From positions 785,086 to 849,085 of the forward strand of contig BPGU01000003.1 of assembly GCA_026003195.1 (NCBI GenBank): a stretch of DNA of 64,000 bases, in the 5' to 3' direction. A program made the translations under genes and the position numbers. The stretch is from Armatimonadota bacterium (GTDB taxonomy: Bacteria; Armatimonadota; HRBIN16). Below, one piece after another: positions 60,104 to 64,000 of the stretch (positions within the stretch are counted from its first letter, which is position 1; every line of letters starts with the position of its first letter). The notes under the pieces are model-generated. The model had not been told where the DNA came from and searched no databases. It was given only the letters and a program-made list of their open reading frames with translations.

Positions 60104-61491
60104 GTGCCTAACCCATATTCCGCGGGAATGTACAGCGAGCCGTAGTTCATGTCGGCGCGTCGACGGAGTGCGTCGGCGTCCTCGGGCAGGTCCGCTACAG
60201 CATCTTCTATCATGCCCAGCCATCGCTCCTCACGAGGTTCGAGAGCCATCTGCCCCTCCTTGACCGCGCGGCGTATCTCCTCGACCGCGTAGCGTGCCAT
60301 TGCCAGCGTGCGGGCGTAGTAGTCTTCTCCAGCCTGCACGATGCGCTTGCCCGCCTCATGCACCACGCGCAGGTCGAGCATGAGCGCCTGCGGGTCGCGA
60401 TGATGGTCGGACAGCACCAGCAGGTCGCGCAGAGCCTTCCCCTGTCCCTGTTGGAGGGCGGTGTTCATCAGTCGGCAATCGTAGGCGAGGATTTCGGTGA
60501 ACACGGCAGGCGCGTAGCCTCCCAGCAAGCGCACATCCTGCACGGACTCGTTGCTCCACAGGTCGCACGCAGCCGCAGCGATGTTGCCCAGCGGGGAGGA
60601 ATGTGCACACGCACTGGACTTACCCTCCATGCTGATGGGCACACCGGTAATGGCTTTAATCACCGGATTCTCGTACCCGCAGTCCTTGAGAGGACCTGTC
60701 GCGCCCATCTCCACTGCCACCAGCGAACGCGGCACGGTCATCAGCCGAACGACCGCCGCCAGCACCTTGGGCAGCAGCCCCTGATGCGCCAGCTGCATTG
60801 CCGTGTTGCCAAAACCGCAGGCGGTATCGCCGCCGGGCACCACCTTGTAGTGGTGGGCGATGTCCACAATCGCTCCCCATAACGATTCCATATCGCGCGG
60901 TGCGAGCACACCTAGCGCGAAGGCAATGCCTTCCATATCTCCCTGCACCAGCGCGTGGTCGTTCACCTCTTTGCCACCGGTGCTTTCGATAGAGAGGATG
61001 TCCGCGCCAGCTTCTGCACAACGTTCGAAAGCCTGCAACATCGTCGCAAACAGATGCCCGGTGCGCATGCGTGGTGGACGCTGCTGGTCGCGGATATCGG
61101 CAACGGTCACTCGCAGAGCAGAGCGCAGCCCGTAGCGTTGCCCGAACTCTTCCATCACCGCCTTGATGTCTGCCGTCACCAGCGCACCCCAGTCGGGGTG
61201 CAGGGTGAGCTCGTACAGATGCTCCAGCTCCAGCACGAGCGCAGACAATCCCTGCTGCACCGCGCGGGTGAGGATACGTTCCACCATCTCGCGAAACCGC
61301 TGGCGCACGTCGGGCAGAGTCTCTTCCCGGATGGCCATGGGCGGGAGGGTGAAGTTCACCTCGGGGAGGACTTGCCCCGCGCCGATCAACACACCACTGC
61401 CGCAGGCGATGGGCTTCGCCGCTGCACCAAAAATCATCTCCTCGGGCGAGGAGTAGACCACCTCTGTCACCGGCTTGCGAGAGCGCGACAT
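60100..61491 (-). CDS. mtaB: MtaB-family methanol:corrinoid methyltransferase homologue
   Basis: Collinear with Methanosarcina MtaB blocks as I recall them: SIESTGGKE, GGDTACGFGNTAM, GPLKDCGYENPVIKAITGVPISMEGKSSACAHS, LWSNESV, LAYDCRLMNTAL, LRDLLVLSDHHRDPQA. ATG 61491 lies after GAGGAGG. Confidence 0.85.
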   Translation of the reverse strand: MSRSRKPVTEVVYSSPEEMIFGAAAKPIACGSGVLIGAGQVLPEVNFTLPPMAIREETLPDVRQRFREMVERILTRAVQQGLSALVLELEHLYELTLHPDWGALVTADIKAVMEEFGQRYGLRSALRVTVADIRDQQRPPRMRTGHLFATMLQAFERCAEAGADILSIESTGGKEVNDHALVQGDMEGIAFALGVLAPRDMESLWGAIVDIAHHYKVVPGGDTACGFGNTAMQLAHQGLLPKVLAAVVRLMTVPRSLVAVEMGATGPLKDCGYENPVIKAITGVPISMEGKSSACAHSSPLGNIAAAACDLWSNESVQDVRLLGGYAPAVFTEILAYDCRLMNTALQQGQGKALRDLLVLSDHHRDPQALMLDLRVVHEAGKRIVQAGEDYYARTLAMARYAVEEIRRAVKEGQMALEPREERWLGMIEDAVADLPEDADALRRRADMNYGSLYIPAEYGLGT

Positions 61492-61587
61492 GATAAACCT
61501 CCTCATCAGGCTCCACAAAAAATAGTTTACGCCCCCGTCGGGCGAATCCTGTGTCGGCAGCGTCCATCTCGCAGGGGCTATGAATCT

Positions 61588-62574
61588 TCATTCCCCGAAT
61601 TCTATGAGGTACTCTGAAGCCTCGTAGTCCGCTGCACTTTCATGGAGAGTAAAGGGGGTTGCGGATGGGGAAACAGGTTCTTCTAGTACCTTTTGGAGTA
61701 CTTTTTCCAGTCTGTTCTTCAGATTGCCCTTGATGGGCTCATGATGGATGTCAAGCCTCTTCAAGATGTTTGAGAACTGGGAAAGGCCGGCTGCACCACG
61801 CAGTTCCACCCACAGAATGCCCTGTTCTTCTAACTGCTCCTTATTTTTATCAGACAGCTTATCTGCAATGAAGATGTCGGCATCGCGAGCGAAGACAGCA
61901 TCAGCGCTTTCCGGGTTGCCCTTGCCCATTAACTTTACCTCGCAGCGATAAGGCTTACCATCATTGTCCACCAGATAAAAGTCCACTTCGCGCTTGTGTT
62001 CGGGAGGCGACGGCAACCTGTAATGACGAGGAGGTACCTGGTGCAGGGCACACAAAGTCATCATCAGCGGCTGTTCCACTTGCTTACCTGCGGCGCTCCA
62101 GATACCCCCGCGCAGGGCAGCGCGGGCAACTGCCAGGGCATTAATGACTATCAGGCTCTCGTTGATGTCCAGATCGATGGCTACATTGTTGAACTTGATG
62201 GTAAGAATAATATTCACTTCTGTCTCGCGCGTCAGGTCGCGAATAGCCTCATAGAGAGTATCGTAATGCTCCAGCGATGCCTCGATAACCACCTCCTTGC
62301 GAGCGGTGTTATACATGTTAGTGATGGTTTTGATATTCAACCCTGCATGGATGGCAATCTCCTCTTTGGACAGGGCATCAGAAAGCATCTCTTGGCGGTA
62401 CCAATCGAGGGTAATCTGCTGGTGTCGCATTTTCGCTTCCGCAACGCGCTTGAAGAACTCGATAGCGTACTCCAGGAACTGCGCATCGATAAGGGCAACC
62501 ACCTCGGAGCGATAGTCCTCACCGAATATCAGCTTCCGGATAATGTTACCAATGAGCGTTGCGGTTGCTGTCAC
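61588..62574 (-). CDS. putative type II restriction endonuclease (PD-(D/E)xK)
   Basis: REVDFYLVDNDGKPYRCEVKLMGKG supplies a D...E-x-K motif. GTGA start/stop overlap with the upstream methyltransferase. About 45-50% GC. Confidence 0.5.
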   Translation of the reverse strand: MTATATLIGNIIRKLIFGEDYRSEVVALIDAQFLEYAIEFFKRVAEAKMRHQQITLDWYRQEMLSDALSKEEIAIHAGLNIKTITNMYNTARKEVVIEASLEHYDTLYEAIRDLTRETEVNIILTIKFNNVAIDLDINESLIVINALAVARAALRGGIWSAAGKQVEQPLMMTLCALHQVPPRHYRLPSPPEHKREVDFYLVDNDGKPYRCEVKLMGKGNPESADAVFARDADIFIADKLSDKNKEQLEEQGILWVELRGAAGLSQFSNILKRLDIHHEPIKGNLKNRLEKVLQKVLEEPVSPSATPFTLHESAADYEASEYLIEFGE

Positions 62575-63938
62575 TTGCTTTTCCTCTCTTGCCCCGTTGC
62601 GATGCTGACAAATTCATCGAGATTCATGAACCGGACGGACTTGCCACCGAACAGGGTGCCCTCGCTCAACAGATCTCTCGCGTATTGAGCATACCGGGGT
62701 TCTTGTTCTACGAGAAAGTAGTGTCGTCCGGTTTGCAGGGCAGCGATGCCCACGGTTCCGCGCCCAGCAAAGGGGTCAAATATCAGGTCACCCTTATAGG
62801 AATACAGCTCAATGATGCGAGTCGCCAACTCTACAGGAAAAACCGCCGGATGCACCGGGTCCGCCGAAGGTGCAATCCGCCAGACATTGGTCTTCTCATA
62901 ATCGCCTAGCACCTTGCTAGCCTCCACCGTTTCTGGATCGTACTGACGTATGTTCCAGTCAATCAGTTTATTGGTATGCTTGCGGTAAACGATGACGTAC
63001 TCTACTACCGAATTCGCCTTGTAGCCCAGCGGCTTGCGGTGCTGGTAAAAGCCCCCGTTACGGTTCTTCGCACTCGGTTCTGGTTTTACCCAGATGATGT
63101 CGTCGATGAAATCAAATCCGAGTTGGGTGATTAAAGGATGGATGTCAAAGGGGATCAGATAGCGTGTGCTGGAGTGCTGTCTGCTCATACGTGGTACGAG
63201 AACAGGCGACGTGTTCAACACAAAGAAACGCCCTTCCTTGGTAATACGGTGCACCTCGGTAAAAACCCGTACCAGAAATTGCAGATATTCCTCGTAACTG
63301 CGGTATATGGTATAGTCCCGTGCGTTGTAGTATGGAGGCGAAGTGAAAGTCAGATGTATCGACTCATCGGGTACATAACTCAGTACGTCCAGCACATCGG
63401 CATTGACCAGCACATTGTGCAGCCATTGCGGACTGTGCACATGGTTCTGTTTGCCATTCTGGTCCCTGCGTTGCCCCTCTAGTTCCGTAATAATCGCCTT
63501 ACGGATTAGCTCATTGGGATGGTGGCGCAGAGACTGCAAGTGGGCAAGCACCTCGCTATTTTGCCGAAAACACAGCAGCCCTCTGATCGCCTGCAGCACC
63601 ACTTTAGGATCTTCATCCTGCAAAAAAGTGATCAGGTACGGTATTGCAGAGGGATGACGCAGCCTCCCTATCGCCGAGACAAACTCACGGCGAGCCAAGG
63701 TGTTTGGTTCTTTTTGGGCGCATTCTACGAGGAAGGCAAGCAAAGACAGATTTTCCAGCTTGGCAAGGTTCTTCGCGGCTGTGGTGCGCACTTTGGGATG
63801 AGGATGCTGTGCCAGCTGCATCAACGGAGCAGGGTCTGTGTCCGCAGGAAGCTTCCCCAGCTGTTTTAGCTGCTCCAGTATCACACCGCTTTCTAAATAA
63901 TGTGTTAAATCCAGCGAAAGCGCACTCATCAGGAACAT
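62571..63938 (-). CDS. beta-class DNA methyltransferase (SPPY, probably N4-cytosine) with N-terminal HEAT-repeat domain
   Basis: Motif IV TFTSPPYYNARDY lies N-terminal to motif I FDPFAGRGTVG (beta permutation). The first 150 aa or so contain HEAT/PBS-lyase-like repeats (HPKVRTTAAKNLAKL, DEDPKVVLQAIRGLL, HPNELIRKAII). Confidence 0.8.
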   Translation of the reverse strand: MFLMSALSLDLTHYLESGVILEQLKQLGKLPADTDPAPLMQLAQHPHPKVRTTAAKNLAKLENLSLLAFLVECAQKEPNTLARREFVSAIGRLRHPSAIPYLITFLQDEDPKVVLQAIRGLLCFRQNSEVLAHLQSLRHHPNELIRKAIITELEGQRRDQNGKQNHVHSPQWLHNVLVNADVLDVLSYVPDESIHLTFTSPPYYNARDYTIYRSYEEYLQFLVRVFTEVHRITKEGRFFVLNTSPVLVPRMSRQHSSTRYLIPFDIHPLITQLGFDFIDDIIWVKPEPSAKNRNGGFYQHRKPLGYKANSVVEYVIVYRKHTNKLIDWNIRQYDPETVEASKVLGDYEKTNVWRIAPSADPVHPAVFPVELATRIIELYSYKGDLIFDPFAGRGTVGIAALQTGRHYFLVEQEPRYAQYARDLLSEGTLFGGKSVRFMNLDEFVSIATGQERKSK

Positions 63939-63981
63939 TCGCCTCCCGTTTGGATGGTATTCCCCATGTTTCTTCTATCTA

Positions 63982-63991
63982 CAGTATACTG
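63982..63991. promoter_or_regulatory. perfect 10-bp palindrome CAGTATACTG overlapping a minus-strand TATACT -10-like box upstream of the R-M operon
   Basis: Self-complementary decamer 44 nt upstream of the methyltransferase ATG. The -35 would lie outside the window. Confidence 0.3.
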
Positions 63992-64000
63992 CCTTCAGGT

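Overview
This is a 64-kb, roughly 60% GC bacterial chromosomal segment. It is densely packed with about 55 protein genes and one tRNA-Lys(UUU). I saw no rRNA, CRISPR array, IS/transposase, reverse transcriptase or prophage block.

The gene content suggests a thermophilic, saccharolytic Armatimonadota/PVC-like lineage, but this is inference only. The relevant genes are prepilin-type DUF1559-like proteins, GH5, a DUF4091-like protein, L-rhamnose isomerase, a futalosine-pathway radical SAM enzyme, an archaeal-type ProRS and an SPPY (m4C-type) methyltransferase.

Main blocks:
- A translationally coupled hdrCBA-mvhDGA-protease operon (group 3c NiFe hydrogenase plus heterodisulfide-reductase-like complex). 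It sits behind a 30-35% GC leader with a near-consensus promoter and an abutting perfect inverted repeat.
- Housekeeping genes: dnaJ, rpoZ, trmFO-xerC, nadE, thrC, uvrC, rapZ-yvcK, proS and an aspartate aminotransferase.
- Sugar and envelope genes: GT4, a CapK-like ligase, rhaA, GH5 and a TolC-like protein.
- A LemA/GIDE-like pair.
- An SBP-less NitT/TauT-type ABC transporter.
- An MtaB-like/URO-D-like methyltransferase pair with no corrinoid protein nearby.
- A low-GC restriction-modification island at the right edge, whose methyltransferase carries an N-terminal HEAT-repeat domain.

The most unusual locus is at 49.5-54.2 kb. A GC-rich structured leader precedes a tightly coupled operon of a 657-aa polytopic membrane protein, a single-domain KaiC/RadA-like ATPase and a ParB-like protein with no ParA. 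An orphan minus-strand intrinsic terminator (candidate sRNA) and a stand-alone DUF123/GIY-YIG nuclease follow it.

A 31-nt motif (27/31 identical) occurs in the 5' leaders of two membrane-protein operons, at 30379 and 49608. All family assignments come from motifs read by eye; no database search was run.
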